Source: a virus
Taxonomy: Duplodnaviria; Caudoviricetes
DNA length: 64,000 bases
Virus record (IMG/VR): IMGVR_UViG_2671180244_000004
Span: 32,001-96,000 of that record
Direction: 5' to 3' (one strand)
Made by a program: the position numbers and the translations under genes. The notes beneath the pieces are model-generated. The model was not told the DNA's origin. It did not search any database and saw only the letters and a program-made list of their open reading frames with translations. Of this stretch, positions 1-9,219 are shown piece by piece. How positions within the stretch are numbered: position 1 is the first letter of the stretch; each line of letters begins with the position of its first letter.

Positions 1-609
1 TTTAACTCCGATTAATTGACCTGCAGCATTATGTATTGGAAAGGTCACTCTTTCTGATCTAATATCCAATCCAATTTGGAAGTACTTTTGAGTACTTATA
101 CGCAACCCACTTCTAAACCAGTCTAAATATGGCAGTATTCCATATTGGTTTTCATACGAGACTTCAATTATTTTATTCTCTATAGTATGAGGCGTTTCAC
201 TCCTTTTGTTTTTAAGACCAGTTAACCATTTATTTAAATTTGGTCTTTGTTCTTTTAAAGTGGTTTTGTAAAACTCATCTATGTATTCTAAATATCCATA
301 CTTTTTACATATCCAAAACTTACTTTTATTTAATGATTTTACTCTCTCTTCATCTGATTGAGCTTCAAATATTATGTATGAAATAACATCATAAATATCT
401 CCCGTTATACCCTTAGATCTGATGTTTGCAGTTAGGGACGGGGTGTTTTTAATCTGCACACTTCTTTCATTATCACCATCTGGTAAACCGGCAACAATCA
501 ACTTTCCCTTTTGCTCATTTTGAATGTTCCAACAACCGATATCATCTAATATTTCTTTAATTAGATTGTCATTAAAAATACGCTCTTTAATTGCCTTGAG
601 TTCAGACAT
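1..609 (-). CDS. yorJ: DNA primase (YorJ-like), 5' part, runs off the window
   Basis: ATG at 609 gives MSELKAIKERIFNDNLIKEILDDIGCWNIQ..., directly downstream of the helicase. Confidence 0.7.
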   Translation of the reverse strand, partial: MSELKAIKERIFNDNLIKEILDDIGCWNIQNEQKGKLIVAGLPDGDNERSVQIKNTPSLTANIRSKGITGDIYDVISYIIFEAQSDEERVKSLNKSKFWICKKYGYLEYIDEFYKTTLKEQRPNLNKWLTGLKNKRSETPHTIENKIIEVSYENQYGILPYLDWFRSGLRISTQKYFQIGLDIRSERVTFPIHNAAGQLIGVK

Positions 610-623
610 ATGTCATCTTCCTT

Positions 624-2147
624 TTAATGCGTTCCAATTCGTGGCACTTGGACTAATGCAACCTCTTTAAATGTATTTATTCCATAGCTAACTTCAAATA
701 AAATTTGCTCTTCTTCACTACCAAAACGGTTTTTAGCAAGAAATAAAACTAAGTATGTCTTTTTAGGATCGAGATCATAGTCTTCTCTGTAGTACGTTCC
801 TTTAAATTCATCCTTTTTGTAATTGTACGGGTGTAATATATAAGGACTGTTTTTTCCATTAGCTGTTTTAGCTCCTGGGTATTCATCGTCATAAAGCAAT
901 CTTCCCATCATTACAACTGCTGCAACTTCATTTATCTCCATACTCTTTCCTGTTGCATCTAAATCCAAGAACCTTGATTCCTTACCTAGCTTCAGCTGTA
1001 CAGTGGCCAAGGTGCCTACATTCTGATTATCTTCTTTAATTAAATCGTGTAGTTCCTGTGCTGAGTCAGAAAACGCCTCCCATCGAGCTTTATCTTTTGA
1101 AGACCTATCTGGTTTAAAAGTATCGATTATTAATTTTTTGTACCCTTTAGGTCTGTATAATTCCACCCTACTCAAAACATCTTCTATTCTATATTTCTTT
1201 AATTCAAGTGTTTTAATTAGACCTTGACCTTTTTCAACTGCCCACGCTTTGGCTTTGTTAAGTTTGTGGAGAGTATCTTTATCAAATTTACCTTCGTACA
1301 TTTTTTCCCTATTCAAAGGCATCTTTAATACTTTGGAACAAATTGTAGCCAACAAAAGTGATCTCCATTTCTTTACGCTCTCTTCGTTAATGGCCAATAT
1401 TGCTTTTTCTTGATTTTCAAATAAAGACAGTATGAATTTTTCCATTGCTATTGAACTTTTCCCAACACCAGATGCTAATACAAGATAATATAGAGAACCG
1501 TCCTTCCATCCTTTTATTTTCCTACTAAGTCTTGGTGAATCATGTAGAGGAATTCCCATTGACTCACCTGAATCCAGGTCTTCAATGGTTTCATCTAAAT
1601 CATCAACTAAATCATGCTCGATCACCTCTCCAGCGTTAACATGTGCAAACATTTCCTTATGCTTGAATTGAATGTACATTTGTAGCTGCTTTAAATTCAT
1701 TCGAGTTAATTTAACTATTTGTTCTTCGTTTCCAATATCAATTAGACCAATGTCTTGCATATTTCTAAGCACTTCGAATTTTTGAATTTCTGATAAATGA
1801 TATTCTTCATTATGGGTATCTTTCTGACACTCATTCATTATTTCTTCTATAGTTTCAAAGGCTCCGAAATCGTTATATGCTTCAATATAACTCTTCTTGT
1901 TTTTTTCTTTTGGTCTGGAAACAACAAAAGAGTATACTGTTTTATCATCAAAGTCCCGAATACCATTATCAAACATTTGAAGACCAACTGTGTAATAAAA
2001 AAACCAAGTTTGTTCTGTGAAGCTTTTATTTGTTATTTTATGTGTTTTATACCTTTGATACAATGCAGGATTACTCCAAAGATAACCTACAAATAAAGCT
2101 TCATGTACCTGCGAAGGATCCACGAATTCCGATAAGTGTTTTCTCAT
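624..2147 (-). CDS. yorI: DnaB-like replicative helicase
   Basis: 507 aa; Walker A ASGVGKS, Walker B LIIDT, C-terminal AKNRFG. Confidence 0.88.
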   Translation of the reverse strand: MRKHLSEFVDPSQVHEALFVGYLWSNPALYQRYKTHKITNKSFTEQTWFFYYTVGLQMFDNGIRDFDDKTVYSFVVSRPKEKNKKSYIEAYNDFGAFETIEEIMNECQKDTHNEEYHLSEIQKFEVLRNMQDIGLIDIGNEEQIVKLTRMNLKQLQMYIQFKHKEMFAHVNAGEVIEHDLVDDLDETIEDLDSGESMGIPLHDSPRLSRKIKGWKDGSLYYLVLASGVGKSSIAMEKFILSLFENQEKAILAINEESVKKWRSLLLATICSKVLKMPLNREKMYEGKFDKDTLHKLNKAKAWAVEKGQGLIKTLELKKYRIEDVLSRVELYRPKGYKKLIIDTFKPDRSSKDKARWEAFSDSAQELHDLIKEDNQNVGTLATVQLKLGKESRFLDLDATGKSMEINEVAAVVMMGRLLYDDEYPGAKTANGKNSPYILHPYNYKKDEFKGTYYREDYDLDPKKTYLVLFLAKNRFGSEEEQILFEVSYGINTFKEVALVQVPRIGTH

Positions 2148-2156
2148 TAAACCCTC

Positions 2157-2774
2157 CTATAAAAATTCTGAGATATCCAATACATCTTTTTTGTTATTGT
2201 TGTATTTTGCCGTTTCATCCATTGAGTAGGATATCTGATCAACTAAATTATTATCAATAATCGCCTCTCTACGATTCATTACTGTTTCTTTATTTGAAGC
2301 AGCACCGATTGAATCATTAATGTTATTTATAACAATTGCGAACACATAGGAAAATTCATTCCACTTTGCAGCGAAAACCATGTTACTTAAAGTTTTGTTT
2401 ATGTAGGTTTCATTTACCTCGTATGTATATAAAATGTCTCTAAAAGGCACTCCTTCTTTATACCTTTTAATTTTTTTCTTATTAAACACCACAGTTCCGT
2501 TTCTGAGATCTTGGATTTTCTCCATCATTCGACCATCAAGAGTATCAATTCTGTGCAACTTCTTAATATATGTAAACAATTCATCTAATTCTTTTAATTC
2601 TTTTTCTTTAAATGCTTCATTGTTCTGATACTCTTCATCACATTTTAAGTGGACATATTTTCTCGCTATCTTCTCAGAACCGTTTTTATTATACTTACCC
2701 GTAGGTTTTGAATAACATTTCATTTGCATATAGTCATTTTTTAAACCACAAAATCTACATTTATAGCCTTTCAT
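2157..2774 (-). CDS. yorH: YorH-like Zn-binding replication protein
   Basis: N-terminal CxxC...HxxC; position between yorG and yorI. Confidence 0.6.
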   Translation of the reverse strand: MKGYKCRFCGLKNDYMQMKCYSKPTGKYNKNGSEKIARKYVHLKCDEEYQNNEAFKEKELKELDELFTYIKKLHRIDTLDGRMMEKIQDLRNGTVVFNKKKIKRYKEGVPFRDILYTYEVNETYINKTLSNMVFAAKWNEFSYVFAIVINNINDSIGAASNKETVMNRREAIIDNNLVDQISYSMDETAKYNNNKKDVLDISEFL

Positions 2775-2814
2775 ACAGTCACCTCTTGTACATTGAAGAG
2801 GGGAATATCCCCTC

Positions 2815-3945
2815 TTAATTTAAAAATGATTTAACAATTTCAAGAGCTTTAGTCAATTCTTCAACAGTTTTGAGTTGCTTATAGTTACCTTCACCAAATG
2901 CCTCTTTAAACTTCTCTGACAACTCAAGTTTCTTGTCTCGTTCAATATCTGAAACAAGAGAATTAATTTCTTCGAGAATTTCATTAGGGTTAGGTTCATT
3001 TACTTTATCTACAAACTCTTTAGCCTTCTCTTCTCTAACTTGATCTTCTTCACTCTTGAGTTCTGTAATAGATTTAGTATTCTTTTTAAGTTGGCCTTTA
3101 ACTGCATTCTCAAAGACTTCTAAGAAGTTTTCCACACCGTAAGGGACTTTCTCAGGAAGATCTGTAAATCTCCCCCCTCCAATCCCAATATAACTGGAAG
3201 GAAGGAAGTACATATATGCTTCTGTTGAATGATGCTTAGCTGCTTGCTCTTTCCCTCCTTTATTCTTCAAATTTTCTTCGATTTCGTTTCCGTTTTTATC
3301 CATAACCGTTACTTCATTGTGCAGTGTAACAATTAAATCAGCTTGAGACTCAAAGATATCTGCCCCTGTTTTACTCATCTTTAGTTCAATAGAGTTATAT
3401 TTAAGATCATCTCTGGTTGTGGTTTCTTTTTCTTTAGTCCACGCTAACCAAATGATACCGTATCCTGCATTTTTCAATAAATCTATCTGTTTCCAAACCT
3501 CTTGCTTTAATAGCATGTAGCCATTCGTGCCTTTAATTGTCTCTGCAACTTCTTGAAGAGTTTTCATTTTCTTTCCGTACTTTTTATTTAATTCATCTAA
3601 AATATATTCTGTGGCCATGTCCATCAACCTATCAGCTGTATCAATACCGAGAACATTAGTCACCCGACCGTTTTTCGCTTCCTCAAGTAGCCCTTTCACT
3701 ACTTCGCCTTTAAAAAACCTCCAGTCATAATCATGCATCGGAATTACTGAATCTAATTCCCAGGTATTGTATCCTGGTTCAAAGGCTAATAATAGCCCTG
3801 CCTCCTTCTGCTCTGGATAAAAAGTTTCAATCAGCTCTTTCCATAATCTTGTTTTTCCTGACTTGTAACCCCCAGCAATCCCAATCATATAGGATTGCAA
3901 GTCAACTTTAGGTACAATGTTCTTAACCTTTTTTCTAAAACTCAT
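2815..3945 (-). CDS. yorG: AAA/Sak4-like ATP-binding protein
   Basis: Walker A GGYKSGKT, Walker B GIDTAD; synteny. Confidence 0.75.
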   Translation of the reverse strand: MSFRKKVKNIVPKVDLQSYMIGIAGGYKSGKTRLWKELIETFYPEQKEAGLLLAFEPGYNTWELDSVIPMHDYDWRFFKGEVVKGLLEEAKNGRVTNVLGIDTADRLMDMATEYILDELNKKYGKKMKTLQEVAETIKGTNGYMLLKQEVWKQIDLLKNAGYGIIWLAWTKEKETTTRDDLKYNSIELKMSKTGADIFESQADLIVTLHNEVTVMDKNGNEIEENLKNKGGKEQAAKHHSTEAYMYFLPSSYIGIGGGRFTDLPEKVPYGVENFLEVFENAVKGQLKKNTKSITELKSEEDQVREEKAKEFVDKVNEPNPNEILEEINSLVSDIERDKKLELSEKFKEAFGEGNYKQLKTVEELTKALEIVKSFLN

Positions 3946-3999
3946 ATATTCAAACCTCTCTATATTTGTTATTTTTATTTTATTTAGTATGTATTTGAA

Positions 4000-5334
4000 T
4001 TAAAATGGAAGCTCATCATCCGAAACAGAAACATTAGAAAAAGGATCTTGTTGCTCAGACTCTCCTGTAATCTCTTCTTCAGTAAGCAAATTTTTTGCGT
4101 ATGTACCTGTGAAAACATTTAGAATTTCTAAACCTTTTTTTGTACCAGTCGAAACTTGTTCATAGGATTTGACTTTTTCATCAACATCAGCAAAAGGATT
4201 GTCTTCTTCCTGTTCTTCAACCTCAACAGTAGCAAATTCCGCTCTGTTATTATCGATGCCATGCACTACTAAGAAATCCAGTCTGTTTAAGTTTGCAAAG
4301 GCCTCTGCAATTGATCTTTTCCCTTCCTCTGGTTCTTTATGATATACAGTTAACTCAACATCGTACACTTGACTTCTTTCTTTACCATAGCCAAGAAATG
4401 CAGCATTAACTTTGGTGTCTTTTGATCCCTCTTCTTGATACACACTTTTAATTCCCATTTGCATCTCAAACTCATTGATTTCAATAAAATTCTCTGATTT
4501 AAAATCTCGAATATATGGAATATATTCGTATGAACCATCTTCTTTGTTGATTCTTATTGTACTTTCTACATTATTAACAACTTTGATTCTATCTGTTTCG
4601 CTTGTATTTTCATTATAAGCAACTTTAACTCTTTTACCCTCTTCCCCATTACTGAGTTTAGTAATAAAGATATTACCGCCTTCTGGCGACAACCAACCAA
4701 CATTTATTTTAACTGTCTCCTCTTTAGCTTTACCGTATCCAAGAACCCTACCCTTTTCTTCTGAATCATAAATTCTATACTCTTCACCAGAATTCACATT
4801 GTTGATTTCAACTAGTCCGTTTTTCAAAGGATAAACTTGTTTAATAATTCTCTTTACAACATTAATTGTTTCACCTTCATTATTTTCGAAGGAGCTAAAT
4901 TCATAAACTCCTCTAACATCAACCCACATGTCAGGTTTAATAAATGTAGCCAGTTCATCACATAAGTCCCAATCGGTTGAAATCACTTTATAAGATTCGT
5001 CAGGAAATTTTGTTTTGTCGAATCTGTGTTCCCATTCTAGTTTAAAAGACTTTTTATGTTTAGAACTGTAAGGATAAACAAAAGCTTGTTCCATTCCAGC
5101 AAGCTCGACCTTAAGCTCATTTCTATGGGCTGTTTCTACAATAAACTGAACTACCTTACGATCTTTGCCTGTTTTTGTTTGCGTTAATTCAGAAATCGCT
5201 GCTTCCACCCAGCTATCTGTCGCATCATCCTTTTTCATAACAGGTTTTACTTTTCCTACAAATCTGAAAAAGTTGTTAAATTCTTTTCCTTCATGATTTT
5301 TATTGATTTTAATATCGCTTTTCTTTTTTGCCAT
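4000..5334 (-). CDS. yorF: YorF-like putative ssDNA-binding protein
   Basis: Acidic C-terminal tail ending DDELPF, typical of SSBs; synteny. Confidence 0.65.
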   Translation of the reverse strand: MAKKKSDIKINKNHEGKEFNNFFRFVGKVKPVMKKDDATDSWVEAAISELTQTKTGKDRKVVQFIVETAHRNELKVELAGMEQAFVYPYSSKHKKSFKLEWEHRFDKTKFPDESYKVISTDWDLCDELATFIKPDMWVDVRGVYEFSSFENNEGETINVVKRIIKQVYPLKNGLVEINNVNSGEEYRIYDSEEKGRVLGYGKAKEETVKINVGWLSPEGGNIFITKLSNGEEGKRVKVAYNENTSETDRIKVVNNVESTIRINKEDGSYEYIPYIRDFKSENFIEINEFEMQMGIKSVYQEEGSKDTKVNAAFLGYGKERSQVYDVELTVYHKEPEEGKRSIAEAFANLNRLDFLVVHGIDNNRAEFATVEVEEQEEDNPFADVDEKVKSYEQVSTGTKKGLEILNVFTGTYAKNLLTEEEITGESEQQDPFSNVSVSDDELPF

Positions 5335-5361
5335 ATGTATAATTAATCCCCTTTATATTTG

Positions 5362-5673
5362 TTATTTGTTTTTTAATTGCTTTTCAATTGCTTGAAACAC
5401 ACTGTCTTCTAAACGTTTTTCAATTCTAAGTTTATGAGGTAGATTAATAATGTCTACAATCTTCCCCAATCGAACTTTAATCATTAGATTTCCATAAAGA
5501 TAAACCCTACCTAATAATCCTTGCTTGATTATTCTTTCTGGCTCTCTTTCCTTTAAACAAATGATGTGTCGATTAAGTTTCATTTGAATTTTCTCATCCG
5601 ATAATTTGTAATTGCCTTTTACAGTATGCCTATATGTATCCACTGCTTTCTTTTTTACTTTCAATAGCTTCAT
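5362..5673 (-). CDS. hypothetical basic protein
   Basis: 103 aa ORF with RBS GAGGAGGTGA; first gene after a sigA-type promoter. Confidence 0.75.
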   Translation of the reverse strand: MKLLKVKKKAVDTYRHTVKGNYKLSDEKIQMKLNRHIICLKEREPERIIKQGLLGRVYLYGNLMIKVRLGKIVDIINLPHKLRIEKRLEDSVFQAIEKQLKNK

Positions 5674-5701
5674 ATATTCACCTCCTCGTTACTGTAACTC
5701 T

Positions 5702-5730
5702 ATAATATATGTAATTTGTATTTTAGTCAA
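5702..5730 (-). promoter_or_regulatory. sigA promoter with SPBRE-like operator in the spacer (replication operon)
   Basis: TTGACT-aaaatacaaattacata(17)-TATTAT. Confidence 0.8.
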
Positions 5731-5754
5731 TGACTTTTATGTATTATTTTTAAA

Positions 5755-5772
5755 TTAAAATGACAGTTTTAT
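5755..5772. repeat. 18-bp boundary palindrome
   Basis: TTAAAA-TGACAG-TTTTAT. Confidence 0.75.
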
Positions 5773-5779
5773 CTGAAAC

Positions 5780-5806
5780 AAAAAAAGAACGGCTTTAAGC
5801 CGCTCT
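5780..5806 (-). terminator. rho-independent terminator
   Basis: CGGC-tttaa-GCCG stem followed by a T run on the minus strand. Confidence 0.6.
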
Positions 5807-5813
5807 CCTCTTA

Positions 5814-6053
5814 CTAATTTTGTTTAGACGTTTTTGAAATGAGATAATTAATCAATGTTATTACCAAATAAAACAATGTTCCATAAAATACACCATTAAA
5901 CAAGCTCACACCAATAAATTTGCTTATTAACACCACATAGTATGATGCTGGTGTTCCAGGGAACACGGCCATGTTAAAAAGACAAATCATGAGTGTTAAT
6001 AAAAAGCATATTGAAAACACAACACGAAACAATTTTGATTTTAACATTGTCAT
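5814..6053 (-). CDS. small two-TM membrane protein (possible immunity protein)
   Basis: 79 aa, two hydrophobic segments, directly after a secreted protein gene. Confidence 0.7.
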   Translation of the reverse strand: MTMLKSKLFRVVFSICFLLTLMICLFNMAVFPGTPASYYVVLISKFIGVSLFNGVFYGTLFYLVITLINYLISKTSKQN

Positions 6054-6065
6054 TTTTAATTTCTC

Positions 6066-6872
6066 CTATAATCGATTTCCGTAGAATGAAACTTTCCCTT
6101 TGTTGTTGCAGTGGATTTCATTTGAAATGTGCCACTCCTCAAGTATAAGGTCAAATCCTCCAAATGAAAAGCCTGTTGTAAAGTTTCCTTGAGCATAGGC
6201 TACGGCTTTGCCATTTGTTTTCTTTGTCCCTTTTTTCCAGTTTTCAACTTTCCATGTAGAAGTTTGGCCTCTTTTATAATATGCATCTGTTTGAGTTGCT
6301 CTTGGTTCTTTACCCCCATGGACAAAATATGCAGAATTATAAACCCTAAACAATTGTAATCCGAACATATTTTTAGCTCTGTATGTCAATTCGTACTCTT
6401 TAGTAGTAGCCTTTGTAGAAACATCTCCACTGTTTGATTTTTTCTCACCTGCATAAGTAATAAAATACGTTGGTGAGTCGGTTAAAACAAGTTCGATGCC
6501 ATTACCAATTTTGTGAGCTTCAAATTGTTTAGAGCTAACATTCTCTTCTATGTACTGTCCAATGTCAAAACTGTCCCCAGATTTAATGTTAGGCAATAGA
6601 TTTCTATTTTTCTTATAGTAGCTTGCCAGAAACTCTTCTTTTATTTTATTTTCAGAATAAAATTCTTCAGCAATTTTGTTTGCTTCTTCCTCATTTTTTG
6701 GTTTAGCATTCTTTAAGTATGATAAAAACTCTTCTTGATTCTTTTTGATTTCTTTAATAGCATCCTCATACTTTGTTTCACTTGTACTTGCTGCAGCAGA
6801 AGCAGAACCACTAATCATGATTGAAAACAACATAACAAAGCTAACAATTGTAAATATAGATTTTTTTAACAA
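6066..6872 (-). CDS. secreted protein
   Basis: Sec signal peptide ending ASA-A; beta-rich basic C-terminal domain. Confidence 0.8.
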   Translation of the reverse strand: MLKKSIFTIVSFVMLFSIMISGSASAAASTSETKYEDAIKEIKKNQEEFLSYLKNAKPKNEEEANKIAEEFYSENKIKEEFLASYYKKNRNLLPNIKSGDSFDIGQYIEENVSSKQFEAHKIGNGIELVLTDSPTYFITYAGEKKSNSGDVSTKATTKEYELTYRAKNMFGLQLFRVYNSAYFVHGGKEPRATQTDAYYKRGQTSTWKVENWKKGTKKTNGKAVAYAQGNFTTGFSFGGFDLILEEWHISNEIHCNNKGKVSFYGNRL

Positions 6873-6992
6873 ATAATCACTCCTTTTTTTTAATTCAATT
6901 GCAATGATAGCACTTACAATTGTTAAATCAAGGGTAAAATGGAAAAATCACAAAATCTGAGACCTTGTGACTAATCTGTTCCTTTATGTAGT

Positions 6993-7544
6993 TCATTTGC
7001 TATACAAACATGATACTTCGGCCTTTATAATGCTTGTTAAAACTTTTGTGGATTCATTAAACTTTCCTGAATTATTCCTTACTACATAGTCGTAGTGCTC
7101 CTTATTTTTCATCTCTTGGTGGTATGTACTCAATCTTTGTTCAACTGTATCTAATGTATCTCCTCTTTTAATCATTTGTTTATAAGCTTGGTCGTAAGGA
7201 GTGTACAAAAACAATGTTACACAACTAGGATACATCTTTTTAATTTGCTGCATTCCGTGGTAATCAACAATAACAAATGCATTTCCTAAACTCATTTTAT
7301 TTTCAAATTCTTCTTGGTCAATTCCATAATAATTGCCACTATATTTAACTTGTTCGATTAATTTGCTCTGTTTCTTTAAATCCTCGAATTTTTCAAGACT
7401 GATAAATTTATAGTCCACTCCATCAATTTCGCCTTTTCTTGGTTTCCTAGTAGTAAATGACACAACTTCATTATTCATGATTTGACGCATTAATGATGTC
7501 TTACCGCTTCCACTAGGGCCTGATACCACAATGAGTTTATTCAT
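6993..7544 (-). CDS. guanylate kinase-like protein
   Basis: SGPSGSGKT P-loop, TTRKPRKGEIDGVDYKF and YYG motifs; probable start MNKLIV. Confidence 0.9.
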   Translation of the reverse strand: MNKLIVVSGPSGSGKTSLMRQIMNNEVVSFTTRKPRKGEIDGVDYKFISLEKFEDLKKQSKLIEQVKYSGNYYGIDQEEFENKMSLGNAFVIVDYHGMQQIKKMYPSCVTLFLYTPYDQAYKQMIKRGDTLDTVEQRLSTYHQEMKNKEHYDYVVRNNSGKFNESTKVLTSIIKAEVSCLYSK

Positions 7545-7929
7545 TATTTGCTGTAATCTCACTCCAGTTCCACATGTCCAATGTTCTCATATCAAAACCA
7601 AACGGGTACTTCTTCATGTCAAGCCAAACTATTTCACGTACCCCTGAATTCTTATGGAGAACCCTTAATTTCTCGCCATTATAGAACCTTACAATAGCTT
7701 CATTAAATTCAATTGGTCGATCTACAACATATCCATGCTTAAAAGCTGCAATAAAGTCTTCAGGCTTCTCTTTATAGAAATTATAAATCACCTCAGCAAA
7801 CTCAGCGTTTTTGTCTTTCATTACATCAAATTGGACTAATCCCAAGTAAAGATGCTTATCTGAATATCCAAGATTTTTCTTAAAGAATTCTACTGCGTCA
7901 TGAATCTCTGGACTTAAAACAACTGTCAT
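7537..7929 (-). CDS. hypothetical protein (YorC-like by size and position)
   Basis: 130 aa, RBS GAGGTGA. Confidence 0.7.
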   Translation of the reverse strand: MTVVLSPEIHDAVEFFKKNLGYSDKHLYLGLVQFDVMKDKNAEFAEVIYNFYKEKPEDFIAAFKHGYVVDRPIEFNEAIVRFYNGEKLRVLHKNSGVREIVWLDMKKYPFGFDMRTLDMWNWSEITANNE

Positions 7930-7957
7930 ACAATCACCTCTATATCTTATTTTTATT

Positions 7958-7975
7958 TTAAAACGAATGTTTTAT
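7958..7975. repeat. 18-bp boundary palindrome
   Basis: TTAAAA-CGAATG-TTTTAT. Confidence 0.75.
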
Positions 7976-8106
7976 CGTATTTCAATGAGTATCAATTCCT
8001 TTTATTTTTTAGCCGCTTGATAAAAGTCTTGTATGGATAAATATGAAAGTTATATAGATTTATAAACCCGTATCATGCTATACTTTTGACTTCTAGGAGG
8101 GATTTT

Positions 8107-8547
8107 ATGAAAAAGAAGTTATTATTTATATTTCTTACCTTTTTATTTACTCTTGTTTCATGTTCATCTGAAAGTGTTAAAAGCGATTCTCCAGATTATA
8201 TTAAAGAATCGTTCGATTACTTTATATCAATCAAATCATTAGTTAAATCAGTAAATGACGGTGAAGAAGTTGATAAAGCAGTTAAGTCAAATTTTGAAAA
8301 GCAGTCTGAATTCAATGAGTGGATTGACACTAACTATGATCCTAATGATGAACCGAGTGAAGAAGCTGTACTTATAAGTCATTTCCATTTAATTAAGACA
8401 CTGTTAGAAAACTTAGTTATTTTTAGTGCATCAAAATCATTGGGGGTTGAGGATGTAGATATTTCATCTCCAATCAGCTCTCTTGAAAACTCCCTGTCTA
8501 ATCTGGAATCAATTTATGAAGAATATGGATATGAACCTAAAGATTGA
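8107..8547 (+). CDS. lipoprotein (moron, opposite strand)
   Basis: MKKKLLFIFLTFLFTLVS-C lipobox; RBS AGGAGGG. Confidence 0.8.
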   Translation: MKKKLLFIFLTFLFTLVSCSSESVKSDSPDYIKESFDYFISIKSLVKSVNDGEEVDKAVKSNFEKQSEFNEWIDTNYDPNDEPSEEAVLISHFHLIKTLLENLVIFSASKSLGVEDVDISSPISSLENSLSNLESIYEEYGYEPKD

Positions 8548-8573
8548 GAATAGCATTTAGCTATTTTTTTCTT

Positions 8574-8591
8574 TTAAAAGATTATTTTTAA
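8574..8591. repeat. 18-bp boundary palindrome
   Basis: TTAAAA-GATTAT-TTTTAA. Confidence 0.7.
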
Positions 8592-8605
8592 TTTTTGTAA
8601 ATAAA

Positions 8606-8645
8606 TTTTTTACTGGGCTAATATTGAACTAGCCCAGTAGAAATA
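8606..8645. terminator. terminator hairpin between convergent genes
   Basis: TACTGGGCTA...TAGCCCAGTA stem. Confidence 0.75.
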
Positions 8646-8647
8646 AA

Positions 8648-8938
8648 TCAGTCTTCCTCTAAGCCATATTCTTTAGCACCTTCTACTACCAGCTTGTAAA
8701 CAGCCATTAAATGTTCATTGATTTGTTTCTTAGTTTCTTCCCCAAATACATTAAAATCCACTTTAATTTCATTTGAAAAGTCGATTTTTTTTGATCCTAC
8801 CTGAGCAATATTTTTCTTTATTAGATCTGCTTTAAAATAACCGTCTGCCTCCTTACCAGTCAGTTCCCATGTCTCTGTGTTAACTCCTTCAATTATTCGA
8901 AAATAATAGTCCTTGATCCTTAATGTTTGTTCAGTCAT
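8648..8938 (-). CDS. yorB: YorB-like SOS-inducible protein
   Basis: 96 aa from MTEQ with RBS GGAGAGG; upstream LexA box, as known for SPbeta yorB. Confidence 0.6.
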   Translation of the reverse strand: MTEQTLRIKDYYFRIIEGVNTETWELTGKEADGYFKADLIKKNIAQVGSKKIDFSNEIKVDFNVFGEETKKQINEHLMAVYKLVVEGAKEYGLEED

Positions 8939-8999
8939 ACTATCCTCTCCTTTTTGTAAAGTTTTGGTACTCTTACAGCATACAACATTACCCAAAACA

Positions 9000-9011
9000 G
9001 AACAAGTGTTC
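9000..9011. promoter_or_regulatory. LexA (Cheo) box
   Basis: GAAC-AAGT-GTTC. Confidence 0.8.
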
Positions 9012-9060
9012 TTTTTTATTTTGAATAATGTGGTTTAATCATTTCAATTTCAATTCCCCC

Positions 9061-9210
9061 TCAATAAATTTGTTTTCTTTTTAATTTGATGTCTCTTTCC
9101 ATTCCACGATGTTCAATATTACTTAGAAGTTGTTTCAATTTCTCATTTTCGATTCTCAACATTCTGTTATCTGTTTGCAATTTGTTAATTAATGCTTCTT
9201 TATTCAACAT
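9061..9210 (-). CDS. small coiled-coil protein (49 aa)
   Basis: MLNKEALINKLQTDNRMLRIENEKLKQLL..., RBS GGAGGG; not in the ORF track. Confidence 0.6.
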   Translation of the reverse strand: MLNKEALINKLQTDNRMLRIENEKLKQLLSNIEHRGMERDIKLKRKQIY

Positions 9211-9219
9211 GTATCCCTC

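Noticed and set aside
1797-2628. Plus-strand ORFs overlapping yorI/yorH, and similar antisense ORFs throughout the track
   Set aside because: Antisense shadows of well-supported genes, with no RBS and low-complexity F/S/L translations
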